In this document: positions 37,284 to 55,638 of the stretch, one piece after another
Position numbering within the stretch: the first letter of the stretch is position 1
Layout of the letters: the number at the start of each line of letters is the position of its first letter
From: Guillardia theta CCMP2712
Taxonomy: Eukaryota; Protista; Cryptophyta
NCBI RefSeq assembly: GCF_000315625.1
Contig: NW_005434471.1
Span: forward strand, 8,669 to 72,668
DNA length: 64,000 bases
Reading direction: 5' to 3'
The notes under the pieces: model-generated
What the model was told of the DNA's origin: nothing
Databases searched by the model: none
The model's input: only the letters and a program-made list of their open reading frames with translations
Position numbers and translations under genes: made by a program

Positions 37284-40009
37284 GCTGCAAGAGGAGGAGC
37301 AGCACCGGGACAGAGGGTTAGCAGAGGACAAGGAGCTTCAGGCCCTGGCGCTCCAGGCGTTGATGCAGAGATGAATGACAACGAAGAGGAGTCAGCTGGA
37401 ACTAGAGCTTGGGATGATAAACAGATGCTCGAGGATATGCACGGGGTTTGGATCGACGAGAACGTTTGCCGGCTCCACAAGGACGAGCTGGGAAGACCGA
37501 AGGGATACGCGAAGGAGAAAGTTACGTGCGTGGTGACGATCAAACGCTTGAGTGGAGATCCGGTGCACCTGCTGGGGCTGTCGCTCAAGTCCGACGCGTT
37601 GGAGTTGATGGAGGGCGTCATGGAGCCTCCCCCGGCCCTTGCTCAAGGAGACTGTGTGCAGTTGGACGTGGAATTCCTGCCGCAGGTATGCTGACGCGCG
37701 TCAAGGTGAGGGGAGATGACGGGATGCGAGCAGGTGTACGGGCTTCTTGTTGGGGTCTTGGACTTCAACTTCTCCATCGGCCAGGACGAGAAATTCACCA
37801 TCTCCCGCAACGTGTCCTTGCGCTGCTGCCATGCCGACGAGATGAACCTTTTGGGCAGCCGGTACGAGCCCAAGCCATCCGTGTCCCTTCCTCAAGGAGT
37901 CGTGGCCTACACGGAGTTCCCTCCAAGCTCCTCGCACTTTGTTATTCGCCTAGAGGCTAACGAGAAGGCGATCGTGCGCGAGCTGGAGCAACTGACGAGA
38001 GAGCAGCTGAACGTCGTCTTACTCACCCTCAGGGCCCAGCTGCCAACCACCTACTATGCCTTCTTCTCTCGCCTCGTCACTCTTGAGCACATCGCCAGCT
38101 GCAAGAAGGTCACCAAGGAAGGCTACTTTGCGAACGCGATGCTGCAAGCCGAAGGCAATCTCCATGCTCTCTTCATCGATGGGCTGGCAGAGCGGAGGCC
38201 GTCGATCATGCGAGGAGATAGCGTCCAAGTTTGGCATGACCCCCAGGAGAAGTACAGGGGGTACGTGCAAGCCGTGCGGAGAGACAGCGTGTTGCTCAAG
38301 TTCCCCAAGCAGTTCATGTCGCTGTACAGCAAGAGAGAGAGACTGGACCTCTTCTTCGAGCCCAACACTTACAGCGTTAGGATGCATCTCCAATGCCTCC
38401 GCCTCTCCCACGATTATTGTGAAAACCTCTTTCCTGCTCTTGCCGACAAAGAAAGGGAGGGTGAAGAGTTTGTAGAAGAGTCGTTTCAGCCCTTCAACTC
38501 CAACCTCAACGCCGAACAGACGCATGCAGTGGGTCGTATCTTCCACCATGTTCTTTATTCCGCCTCGGTCTCTCCCTACATCGTCTTCGGACCTCCTGGT
38601 TGTCTTGCCTTGCTTCTCTTGTGTTCTCTGACAGCCCCTTCATGCTCCAGGCACTGGAAAGTCTGTCACGGTCGTGGAAGCCATTCTCCAGCTGTACTTC
38701 AACTCCGACGTCAACATACTTGCTTGCGCACCCTCCAACTCAGCTGCTGATCTTCTCGTCCAGCGTCTGAGCAACTCGCTCGGCACCCAGACGATGTTCC
38801 GACACATGGCTTCTACTCGGCAGGTTGAGGAGATCTCCAGCACGGTTCTCAGCTACAGCAACTACAACGAAGAAAACGAGCGATTTGAGTTCCCTGGCTT
38901 GTCAAACTTCATGGACTATCGCGTCGTCGTCTCGACCTGCAACGCAGCTATGGCGCTGTACAACCATGGCGTGCATAGAAATCACTTTGACGTCGTGTTC
39001 ATGGACGAGGCTGGCACAGCCCATGAGGTGGAGGCTGCTGGCGCTGCTTGTGCTCTCCTGGGCAGGTCAGGCAAGTTGGTGCTGGCAGGAGACCCCAAGC
39101 AGCTGGGGCCTGTCGTCCTCTCTGAGCCCGCCAGTCAGAATGGACTGTCCGTCTCTCTGCTGGAGCGACTCATGGAGCATGATCTGTACCAGCTGAAAAA
39201 CGGAGAGTTCGACCCCAGTCACGTCACTATGCTGCAAAGAAACTATCGATCTCACCCTGCCATCATCAAGTTCCCCAGCGATCGATTCTACCTCGGCAAG
39301 CTCACGGCGCATGGCGATGAGCGGCAGGTGATGTCGTTGGCTGACTGGGAGCACCTGCCGTGCAGGGGCTTCCCCATCATCGTCAAGTGCGTGGAGGGCA
39401 TCAACGAGCAGGAGGAGTCCAGCCCCTCCTGGTTCAACACGACTGAGTGTCTGGAGGTGGTCAACTACATCCAGCTGCTCCTCTCGAGCCGGCCAGACGT
39501 GCTGCCGTCAGACATCGGGGTCATCAGCCCATACGATAGGCAGGTGAAGAAGATACGGCAGCTGATCACCAGTAAGAACATCCCGCAAGGGGAGCTGGGA
39601 ATTAAGGTCAACCGTCGCGTGTTAAGACTGCTGTCCGGTCTGATTCTCAGCTGCAGGTTGGCACTACCGAGCTGTTCCAGGGCCTTGAGAGGCGCGTCAT
39701 TATCATCTCCACCGTCCGCAGCGACCCCTTGCTCCTTCAGTCTGACGACCGCTTCAACCTGGGCTTCGTCAACTCGGCCAAGAGGTAACATGCCAGTGCC
39801 TCTGCCAACGGCCAGCTGAGCCTGAGGGTCGTGACACGTGGGGCAGGTTCAACGTGGCAGTGACGAGGGCGCAGTGCCTGATGATAGTCATCGGAAACCT
39901 CAAGTGCCTGGCCAAGGACAGCTTGTGGAAGGACTTCTTGACCTACTGCAACGACCATGGGGCTCTTATCTCTGATCGCAGCAACCATGACAGATGCTGT
40001 ATCCTGTAG
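36477..40009 (+). CDS. MOV10/SDE3/Armitage-like superfamily 1 RNA helicase with three N-terminal tandem winged-helix-like repeats
   Basis: PYIVFGPPG|[91 protein letters not shown]. Upstream [13 protein letters not shown] is typical of MOV10/SDE3. Confidence 0.92.
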
Positions 40010-40244
40010 AAGCCGAAGTTCGAGAGCTGAGAGATCGAGAGATAAAGCTGGGAAGAGAGCTGAGAGATCGAGAGCTGAGAAGAGAGAGGGTAGAGCATAC
40101 CATCACGTGAGCATGCCGGTATCCTGACTATTACAATTGAACTCACTCTTTTCTCTTTTACTGGAAATAACACAAAGAACAATGCTGGGAGGGCAACCCC
40201 TCCGTACTCTACAATATCCCCCTCATCATCAACAACTTCAGCTC

Positions 40245-43200
40245 TCAAGACGAAGCATTTTCCTCTCCCGATCCCACCTCCGTCCACATAGCCTGTCTGC
40301 AGCTATCACACCCCATCCTCTTGTCTATCTCCACGTCCGCTTGCTCCTTTCCTGCCCATCCGTTCTTCTCCAGCAGAGACACCATGACCTTGGTGCTAGC
40401 TTCAAGCGCAGCTTCTGCCGACCTGCAGCAGGGGGAGGGAGGGACGGGGCAATTGGCGAGGGCAGGGCAAAAGCAAGGAGCGGACCATTCGTATAAAGAC
40501 ACACCAGAGTTCTCACTGCCCAGGGACCTGGTGGAGGCCTCTGACGCCACAGTCATCAAGTCAGCCGCGTCTTTCCCTCCCGTTTGATTGCAGTCCAGTA
40601 GGAAGGGATGCGGAGTCTGCTCGTCAGGGCTTAGAGAATCTCCTTCGCAGCAGCACCTCGTCTTGTTCCCTGACTTGGTTCCCATGGTATCTCCCGTCTC
40701 GTGGTAAAAGGCTCGGCAGCTGGAGGAGGAGCAGTCACTGCTAGGAAGCGCATCTTCGCTGTGGTCTCTCGGCGTGTCATTGTCGCTCTCCTCAGTGATC
40801 AAGGCCTCCTTCCACAGCTTCAGGTTCTCCCCCACCGCCCTGCGATCTCGTTGCCTCCTGCACTTGGCCAGCGCCACCTTGTTCCTCTGCGAGCGCTCGG
40901 CCACGTCCAGCCAGGCGTCGATGAGCTTCTGCTTGAGGTTCCGCGAGTAGAGCAGGTCCACATCATTACTTTGCGGTAATGGACGGTAATTAAGGGCGTT
41001 GAGCATGGCAGGGGGAAGGCCGTAGCTTTCACTGGAGACAACACACGCAGCCATCGCTGGCTCCTGCTGACTTGCCCCTTCCTCCTCCCTCTCTCGTCCG
41101 TGACCATCCCCACCATCGTGAATCTCTAGCCGCAAATTCCGTTTTGCAATCAGCAGCTCCAAGTTAGAATTGCCCTGCTGGCTACTTCTGCTCTGCGGCA
41201 GTGATGCTTCAACAGCTTCTCCCCCCTGCTCCCCACTTGCATGATCCTTGCTTGCACTTCCTTCGCACGCCACCATCTCCTCTTCTGCAGCTCGTACCGA
41301 GCTTTCTCCCACAAAGTTTCTGCTCCCTGCCTCTCTTCCGTGATACTGTCCAAAGTCATTGACAGTGAGCCTGACGCCGCTGTTGCTCAGTTGCTCCACG
41401 TCCAGCTCGTCATCGCTGACCTCACTGAACATTCCTCCGAAGCCGTTGAGCTCCACGTCACTGTAGCGGTTGCTGTCGTGATCAGACGCGTAGCTCGACG
41501 TCACCTCGTGATCGATCTCCGCCTCGCAGTCGATCTCCGCACTCATCTGCTCGGAGGAAGCTCGTCGAGACGAGCGGGAAAATTGCGAGCTGTCACGAGA
41601 GTATGCGCTACTGCGAGAGTGAAAGCTTGCGACACTACATGCATCCGAGTGATGGTCTGCAATGCCATCCTCCTCGAAGTCCGAGGGATCCCAACACTCG
41701 TCGTTGTCATCTGCCCCTGTCTCGCTGTGCTTAAACGAATGTTTCTTGGTGGATGCCGAAGACGATTCGAACGGCAGTTCTTGGAGGGAAGCCTCGCCCT
41801 CCATGCTCTTACTATGGATGGAACCAGGTTTCACCTCCTCCACGTCTGCTGGACTCTCTTCTTGCATGTCTTGGATCCACAGCAGCGAGAGGAGCCGATT
41901 GGCCATGTTTTGCGTATCGGCATGCGCTGAAACGCGCGAGATGCGAGACAGCAGCTCTTTGGTCGCCAGGTCGTAGACCAGTTGACATCGGCAGCAGTCA
42001 TGAGAGCAGAGGGACGACAGGGCAGACAGCGTGAGCTGCAGGAAGCTCTCTTCGTGCTGTGCTGCCCCGCGATGCCTTGGGGTGGTGCAGGTCGAGCTAA
42101 GCGGCGAGCTCTGATTTGATCCCCCAACGGGCATCGGGCTTCGCGGGTTCCCTGAAGGGAACGACTTTTGCAGTTCAAGCTCGAAGGGGGAGGGAGTGGG
42201 GATGAGCTTGAGAGAGAGCGTCTCCACCAGCTGCAGCAGGAGCCTGAGCCCGTTGTCTGCCGCAAACTTGAGCTGGTTTTCTGGGGCGCGCATGGCGACA
42301 TTTCCGATGGCCCGCACAGCTTGGACGGCTGTCCGCTCTGGAGGAGAGCTGGAGATCACACGAAGCAGAACCTCGCAGCCTCCTGCGTTGCCGATCAGCG
42401 ACCTGTTGGTTCGGTTCTTCTTGCAGATGTTCCCGATTGCTGCACAAGCCTGGAGGAGGAGGTCAGAGCAGAAGTAAGCAAAGGGTGCACGAGACCTGCT
42501 CCAAGACACGATCCTGTTCACTCAGTTGACACACTCTGACAAGAACTTCGCATCCTCCCACCTCCCCCACCCGAATGCGATTGGCATCATTCTCAAAGGT
42601 GAAGTTGCAGATGGCTGCGCATACTTGCTCCACTACCGTCCCCTCGGGGTCGATGATTTGCTTCATCAGGACCTTCCTCAGGGTCGAAACGAAAACTTCC
42701 GCCCCGCTCACAGAAGCCACTTGCGTTTGCGCCTTGTGGTTACACATGAAGTTGGACAGGGCACGTGCAGTTTGCTCTGCCATCTTGTTGTGGTTGGCCA
42801 CCCGGAGAAGGTCCATCAGGACGATGTATCCCTCACAGGAAGCAAAGACGTCATGCAGGCTTTCCGATGCCAGAAGGACACAGATAGCGTTTGTCGCCTG
42901 GATGACAAAGGAGAGATCTCTCTCTTCCCTCAGGGTCTTGGTCAACGACTCCATGGCCCCGCAGCTGGAAGATCGAAGCACAAGATCATAGTCGTTCGCA
43001 CAGAGATGGTACAAGGTCGATGTTGCTTCTAGTCTGATGTCCGTGTTGGCCTTTTTGAGCAGCTCCACCAGCACCTGACAACAGTTGAGTCACAGCAGCA
43101 ACTTTCCTTGAGAAGCTCAACCTCAGCCGCATCATCCGAGCTTTCAAAAAGCACCACATTGTCCCAGGTAGGATCATCCCTGCCCATACTCCAAGCCTCG

Positions 43201-43726
43201 ACGAGTGTACGAAGGGCTGAAACAACAGGAAGCACAACCTTGCTGAGCATCAGCGTACAGAACAAAGACAGTAAACCAAGAGATGACTACCTGATTGTTC
43301 CTTGTCCGCCGCAGCAGCGCCAGAAGCGACGAAGGGCCACCCAACTTCACGACGCGCATACAAGCTTCCTTGCTGTTGGCTTGCAGCATTCTGAGAACCT
43401 ATGATCATAAGGCCATTACTGGAAGTAAGAAACAAAAGAAGGCGCTTACAAGAGCTGCACTGGAGACCACTTCATCATTGACTGACATTGAGATGAAGTG
43501 AACCAGCATATCCACACCACCCAGCGCCTGGAGAGGTCACGGATATTAAAACCTGAGCTCTAAAACCATCGACGCGTCTCACCACAAACTTCTTCTGCAG
43601 CATCGGAGTGGCACAGCGCTCCAGCGCATTCTGGGTGAACTGCGAGCAATCCTACGTCAAGATAACGAGGGACTGAAGGGAAGCATAACATACCTTAAGA
43701 GCTGCTGCATCCACAGGATCCAGCAT
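40245..43726 (-). CDS. Armadillo-repeat protein with long acidic/Ser-rich C-terminal region
   Basis: Repeated ARM-type units (QVCAAICNFTFENDANRIRVGEVGGCEVLV; QACAAIGNICKKNRTNRSLIGNAGGCEVLL; QAVRAIGNVAMRAPENQ). Confidence 0.85.
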
Positions 43727-44459
43727 GGCTCCCTCTAAAGTCTACCGTGGATCATTTCGGGATGGCCTGCACAGGCTCATGTCACGGCTGAGGTAGGGAT
43801 GTACAAGATGTTAGCGATGCTTCCATGTTAGTGATGCTTTCTCATCTTAGTCGTGTACAGATATCACGGCATGCAATTAACTATCATCAAATGTTCTGCT
43901 CTCTTGCTCCGAACTTCATTTGACCTGTTGTAAGAAAGCTACCTTTAAACGCTGACGGCGTCCTCCACACTGAAATTGTTGATTTCTGACCTAAGCTTGC
44001 ATTTCAAGGCTTTGATGTATCCGTCATATTCTTTCTAGAAAGGGCTTCCTACACATATTTCTAAAAAACTTTTTCATGAAATCGCTTTCAATGATAGCTT
44101 CTTTTTGTTTGGTTTACGCAACTTCCTCATTCTCAAGCATTCAAACTCACTTCATTGATTGTAAAATCGTTCAACACTGTTTCAAAATGACATATTTCTC
44201 GAAGTCCCACATTGCAGTAAATCTCCTGAGCCTGGTCTCATTTCTGGTGACCCGTTTCAGCGAAAAAGTATTGACCAGTTCAACGAACATTTCCACTAAC
44301 TGCGTCATCCTAGATTATGACATTTGTCTTGAACAACCATACTCCATTGTCTCATGTCCTCTTTTAGTTTTCATCTCTTTTCCCACTGTTATCATCTTTT
44401 TTCTTCCATTTTTCATCCGTCATCCCGTTCTCCTTCTACCACTTCTTGTCTTCATTGCC

Positions 44460-45500
44460 GCGGTTCACTCTCCGACTACCCCTACCCTACCCCCTACAAG
44501 TCATAACCCTACCCCTCAAATATTTCTGAGCATCCGAAAGGAACCCTACCCCACAGAACCACCAGCCATTATAATGCACCCACCATAGATTTGTCCCTAC
44601 ACTTGCTTTTCAAAGGACCCGTGATTCCATGGAAACATACCCTACCCAATCCAATAACATGTACACAACACCCTCCCTTGGTGATGGTAATAACCCACCC
44701 TTCCCCACCCTTCAACCCAAGGACCCACAGTTGAAGCCTTGGTCGGATGGCGGGTTGTGAAGGGGGTAGTTTTGTGTACTTTGTACATTTATGGGTACAA
44801 GCTGTCCTCGGATGGGTGGGGTGGTATGTGGACCCCTTGATTGCTCTGGTAAGAGCAGGGATGTGGGAAAGGCAAGGGTGAACTTTTGGGGTGGGGTACT
44901 TCTGTATCCGCAGAGGGATTTTTGAAAGCGGGGAAGACCATGAGTCTGAAGTAGGGTGGGTGGATACCCCTACCCCCATTTCCTAAAAAGAATCCATATT
45001 CAGAACTTGTGGACCACCCGGTCCTCTCAAAAAAAGTACCCTGGGGTAGTCAAACAACTTATTACATACCCCCTGACCACCCCCATGAATCTCAAATCAA
45101 CAAAACGAACCCACCACCCACCCTTCGTCCGACCACTACCGCTTGAAAATGGCTGACCTCCCATATGCCGAGGTACCACCCCGGGTTAACTTGATAGTAC
45201 ACATGGTGTCTGAGTACCCTACCCCATCTTAATATACACCCCACCTTGAGTTTCCACCCCAAGGTTCGGTACCTTTTGTGTTCGGAAGGGATGCAGTACC
45301 CTACCCCTGTCACTGACGCTACTCCTCTATTATAAATTCACAAGTGTCGGGGTACTCCCCACTGATCCAAAGTTCAGTGCCGCGACCGTACTGAGTACTG
45401 CACTGAGCCTGAGCATCATCGGCGGTCGGAATCCCCGGCGGGCCGGCCCGGCCCAGCCTGCCAGTCGGCGGACTCCGACAGCCTCGCCATCGCCGTCTCT
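44460..45500. repeat. Degenerate GGGGTA/TACCCC-rich intergenic repeat sequence
   Basis: Same texture as 7440-7750, 26380-26700, 31100-31450, 36140-36420 and 57250-57440; non-coding. Confidence 0.5.
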
Positions 45501-46236
45501 GGTTGACGCTGCTACTAGTCTAGAGCAGGCTGATCGAAGTTTGGGAATTGCGTATGTGATCAATTCTCAATCAACAAGCAAGCCTTGAAGACTTACCGTA
45601 CCATCGGCAATTGTGAACAAGTTTCAGTGACACTAACAGGAGTTACCCGGATTTGATTTACTATAAAGTAGGCACTCCGGGAGTATCCACGTATGTCACA
45701 GTGAGATAACACGACTGAGAGTATTATACAATCACTGTAATTGTCTCTGAGTGTCACTTTGGATACACACGTAACTTAATGTTCATCCCCGTGTTGTGCA
45801 TTACCCACGGCGAGAGTACTTGAAACGTAGAGATTGGATAGGGAAAAAGGCAGCCCGATTGGTACGGTAACTTGGTTTCTTTTTAGGGACCAAACTGGTA
45901 TTCGGAAGAAACTTTCAAGTTCCGAACGGTTCAGAGTTCCAATCATCAATACCAAGACCCTTTCCAGTCCCCGAGTCAGCAGCCTTTACAGTGGTACTGT
46001 CAGTGATTGCTGATGTACTCGCTGTAGTCACTGGATGATCATCAGATGGCATATGGTACGAGCATTAAAACTCCCCATATCGGACTTTTACAGCATCACT
46101 GGTCTGTGATCATGCGACCGAGACCGTCCGTCGGTCCACCCGGCCGCTGCGGGCCGTGCGGCCGGTCGGATCCTGGCAGCAAGGCAAGTTCGCGCCGCCC
46201 GCCGCTCGGGGGCTCGGTCCTGGCACCGCCGGTCCT

Positions 46237-47084
46237 CCCACATGACCAGCGCCCCGCCACGCCGTGGTCGCCACTCCAAGCGACGGCAAGGCCGCGGCAC
46301 TTCTCAGCAGCCTGCACGCGGCTCGCAGCAAAGCAGCGACGGCAGCGACGGGAACTTCGGAAGGGGGCGGGGTCGGGGAGCTCGTGAGGGAGGGGGTTTG
46401 CGCGTGCGCTTGTAGAGTGTAAGATAAGAGGGGGCGAGGGAGGATGTGAAGTATGAATCAACTTGGGGAAGTAAGCTAATGCGCAGCCCGACAATGGAAA
46501 AACACTGTAGGGAAGCAGACATGCTAGATCTTGACAAGTTACGCGGTCAGAGAGCTTTATGACTCGCGTTGATACTCTTGAAGTACTCATGGTATGACAG
46601 AGCAGGAAGTTTTCGATCGTCGCAGTGCTTGGTTCTGCTATGAAAAGCCTCCTGGTACATGAGGCTCTTATTCGAGGAAAGAATCATCCTGTGTGGGTCT
46701 CAGGCAGGCAAAAAGTGTCAAGTCATGGCGAAGCTCCGCAATTTCATCTTAGAGGAGACCAGAGACGTGACGACTCTAGAGCTGTTCACTGACGACTGCC
46801 TAGTCCCAGTTCAGGCAAACTAAGCGTCCCAACACGAATTACATCATTGTACTTTCATTCATACTTCACACCCTCCCTCTGTGCCCCCTCTTATCTTACA
46901 CTCTACAAGCGCACGCGCAAACCCCCCTCCCTCACGAGCTCCCTGACCCCGCCCCCTTTCCCGTCGCTGCCGTCGCTGCCGTCGCTGCCGTCGCTGCTTT
47001 GCTGCAAGCCGCGTGCAGGCTGCTGAGCAGCGCCTTGCCGTCGTTTGGAGTGGCGACCCGTGTGGCGGGGTGCTGGTCATGTGG
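46237..47084. mobile_element. Foldback-like element: ~220 bp inverted arms (46237-46458, 46857-47084) around a ~400 bp spacer
   Basis: Left ...GCGCGTGCGCTTGTAGAGTGTAAGATAAGAGGGGGC...GTGAAGTATGAAT is the reverse complement of right ATTCATACTTCAC...GCCCCCTCTTATCTTACACTCTACAAGCGCACGCGC... Confidence 0.75.
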
Positions 47085-47634
47085 AAGGAGGAGAAGAGGG
47101 CTGGAGGGAGCGGACCAGCGTATGCTGGTGAGGCGGATGGAGCGGGAGAGGAGGGCCGGGGGGGAGGAGGTCAGGACCATGGATTACGAGGAGCGGAGGG
47201 TTTCAAGTTTTGAAGGTAGAGGAGGTGGTGGGATGTCAGGGATGCTGGGGCTGGTTGTGCTGCGGTGGTGTTGGGACTGACATGCTATCGGAGGACGGGG
47301 GAGCGGAGGGGCTTGGTGTCAGCAACCAGTAGGGCAGTAGCGAAACTAGGTCGCTTCGTATCATTTCAGGCTGGTTTATTTTTATCTTTAACCCAATAAT
47401 GACCGGCTGAGGGGATGTAGATGCGACCTCTTGAGCCATCACAGTCTTAACTTGTGAAACCACTCGTGTTCGTTTCAACTAACCAGAAAAAAACATTTTT
47501 TTTCGATGATCGAGCAATTCTTCGGACGTGATGAGTCAAGTCGACTTAATTTCTTACTCATCACTATGAGTGAATGTTAGTACTCGCCCGTGCCGTGGCA
47601 ATCAGCAGCCGGCCCGTTCAGAATCGTGGCAGGA

Positions 47635-52936
<5,302 letters not shown>

Positions 52937-53255
52937 CCTGATATCTTAGCTCTCAGAGGCTGCAACAATAAAGCGTGTCTTGGGGTTCGGATGTGTTATT
53001 TTCTGTCCGCTTCTCCCAGTCACCGCGGGCTGTTTGTGTGCATTTCCTGATTCCAAGTCAGCGGCCTGAGTCAACATCTTTTTAGATCCATCATCTCTCT
53101 TCTGCCACTCCTCTCATATCATGTACGTCATGCTCGTGTTGTTTTGTTTGCACTGTCGTATGACACTTTCACCTTCCCCTCTTCCCTTTGAGCCCAACAT
53201 CGTCCAGAACTCGCTACGGTATTAGAAATGTCCTTGCTTCTCCCTCATGATTAAG

Positions 53256-53345
53256 CTCCCTCCTCCCTCCTCCCTCCTCCCTCCTCCCTCCTCCCTCCTC
53301 CCTCCTCCCTCCTCCCTCCTCCCTCCTCCCTCCTCCCTCCTCCCT
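53256..53345. repeat. (CTCCCTC)n heptamer tandem repeat
   Basis: Directly visible; a similar repeat lies on the opposite strand near 60545-60580. Confidence 0.85.
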
Positions 53346-53476
53346 TCTCCGCACCATGACGGCGTTGCGACTATTCACCATGAGGATATTCACAGGGTGA
53401 GCGGCGCGGGCCCGGGCCGGCCGGCCCCACCCCAGGGGTCCCGGTGCCAGTTACTGGCGCGAAGATCGGGCGAGTG

Positions 53477-53563
53477 ACTCAAAGTTAAGTTAAAATTCAG
53501 TACTAGTACGAGCGCCATGACGACATCCGGCTCGTACTGATTTTAGCTTAACTTTGAGTAAAA
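53477..53563. mobile_element. Miniature inverted-repeat element (~30 bp arms, 16 bp loop), member of a dispersed family
   Basis: ACTCAAAGTTAAGTTAAAATTCAGTACTAGTACGAGC ... GCTCGTACTGATTTTAGCTTAACTTTGAGT; solo arms at 8367 and 21716. Confidence 0.7.
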
Positions 53564-53934
53564 GCTGCGGCCCGTTGCCACAGTTTGACTTTTATTGACA
53601 GCTGGCCGGCTGATCTTTTTCAGAGTTGCGCCGGCTGACTGCAAGTGACCCCCGGGAGTCCGAGGAGACGCCTCAGTGATTTAGTGGAGATAAAAGTCAT
53701 AATAAAAGGATTAAAATGATATTAAGTTATCATCAAGTTGCTTCTTTACTACCAGATTACCCTCTTGAGCCTGTTATCCGCCCTTCAACCAATCAGGCCC
53801 TCACCAGGTTCCTTCGCCCCCCCGCCCCCTTCCTCCCCGCTCTTCATCGCCCCTTCATCACCTCAGCCTCCTCCTCTCCTCATGGTGTTTCGTCGACTCT
53901 TGTCTGTACCCCGTGATTGATCAAGTTCTCTGCC

Positions 53935-54162
53935 ATGACGTCCTTCTCCCCCCCACCCCCTCCTTCCATTCGGTTTCAAAGCATTTGCTGGGGCCCTGTC
54001 GTCCTTGCACACTCCGTTCACCAGCACAGGGCTGTCGTCAACTTGACGGTGAAGAGCGATGGACGGGAGCTTCTCGACATCGTCTTCTTAGCTTGCATGA
54101 AGGCATCGGCAAGAAAGGCAGAGGCGAGAGGAGCTTACGAGTCCCACAACGACTGTGAGTAG
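53935..54162 (+). CDS. Small intronless protein, paralog 1 of 3 (75 aa)
   Basis: MTSFSPPPPPSIRFQSICW...SDGRELLDIVFLACMK; GCCATG start; shares motifs with 55387 and 56500. Confidence 0.65.
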   Translation: MTSFSPPPPPSIRFQSICWGPVVLAHSVHQHRAVVNLTVKSDGRELLDIVFLACMKASARKAEARGAYESHNDCE

Positions 54163-55386
54163 CCATGAGACTCTTGGAAGCTGCCCAGTTTCATATTGCT
54201 CGGTTCCTTATCGTCACTTGCACAGTGATACTCTCTACGCACTCATTTTTCATCTCCTTGATAAAGCTTCTTCTTTGCTCTTTTGTGTCTGGACTGCAGA
54301 CGGACTAGGGGACAGGGGGAGCGCTGCGTGCTGCGTGCGAGCAAGAAAGGAGCTCGCTTTATGCAATGCAAGAGAGCTCTGCCCTTTATGATCCTCGCGG
54401 TACTTGTCCTTCACTACCACATCCCCTTGCTCGATCATTTGTTTTATCATCCCTCCTCACCTGGCTGGATCTTACTCGGTCATCCATCTTCCGAATGACC
54501 TAAACCCTTGCAAACCGAGAACAACTCGAAGTAAGGGACAGCACTCAAAACGAGGCCTACCCTTGCTCGTCAACAAAGTCAGACCAAGGACTCAGAGGAC
54601 TAGAAGCAAGTAGCAACTAGACGTGCTCGACATGGCGGCGAGAGCTTCTTCTCAAGTAAGATTTGTAGATTCCCTCAGCCTTCGTAAGGATCAGTGTCTT
54701 CAACCAGAAAGGTCTTTTCTCTCCTCATGCTGTATGCCCCACTGTGTGATCCAGGGGAGATGCTTTGAGCATACTCTGTAGACGCCTACAACTCTGCTGC
54801 AGGCAGAATCCTCAGTACCAGTCTGAGTCGCGCGGCGAGGCGCATCGAACGTTTGACTCGGAGGACTAGGTGCCAAGTATCTTGCTCTACCACCAGAGCC
54901 ATGAGATGGAGTCCGATCAAATGCATGTCGGCGTTCAGCATGAGGCTGCCGCCTACTGAGTCAGACGATGGAAGGAGAAGACTGAACAACAACTCTGGCA
55001 GAGCGGAGCCGTTTCAAAGAAACTTGAGCACAAACAAGTTGAACTGGTCAAGTCCCGGTCCTCCGAGTGATCGTATTGTCACGGTCTTCGAGCAGTGAAA
55101 CCAGCGGGAATCTGACGGCAGTTATAGAGGTTTTTACCACGAGAATTACCAGCTGCTGAGCTTTACTACACGAGCAGGAGTCATACCACCACCCGTTGTG
55201 GGTCTTTCGGGTATCAATGACCCCCTGGTGCTACAGCATTACTACAGCAGGGAGATTCCGCCCTTCACCTTTAAACACCCTGCCTTGACCTGCTCTCCTC
55301 CAGTCTCCCTCCGTCCTCCCTTGCCGCCGTGCTGTGCTTTCGCCATCTCCTGTGCTACTGTTTCGTCGTCACAGTCACTGACGCAC

Positions 55387-55638
55387 ATGGCTCCCTGCAA
55401 TCCCTCACCCCTCATAACTTCCACCCCTCCTGCTGTCCTCTCCTCTTCAGGCTCGATACGACTGGATGCCTTGTGCTGGAGTTCGTCGTCTTCGAAACCC
55501 TTGACCACGAATCATCTCCATCTCCCAGGCAAAAAGCTCGTCGCAGTTGCAAGTGACGGTCAGACGCTCCTTCGCAACGTATTCGCAGCTCGAGACAAAG
55601 TGGCAGAGAAAGAGCGCCCCTGTCATCTGAAATCCTAG
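55387..55638 (+). CDS. Small intronless protein, paralog 2 of 3 (83 aa)
   Basis: ...TPP...SIRLDALCW...SDGQTLLRNVFAARDKVAEKERP. Confidence 0.75.
   Translation: MAPCNPSPLITSTPPAVLSSSGSIRLDALCWSSSSSKPLTTNHLHLPGKKLVAVASDGQTLLRNVFAARDKVAEKERPCHLKS

Noticed and set aside
54632-55098. Possible fourth member of the microprotein cluster
   Set aside because: The short ORFs here lack both the SIRxxxxxW and SDGxxLL motifs.
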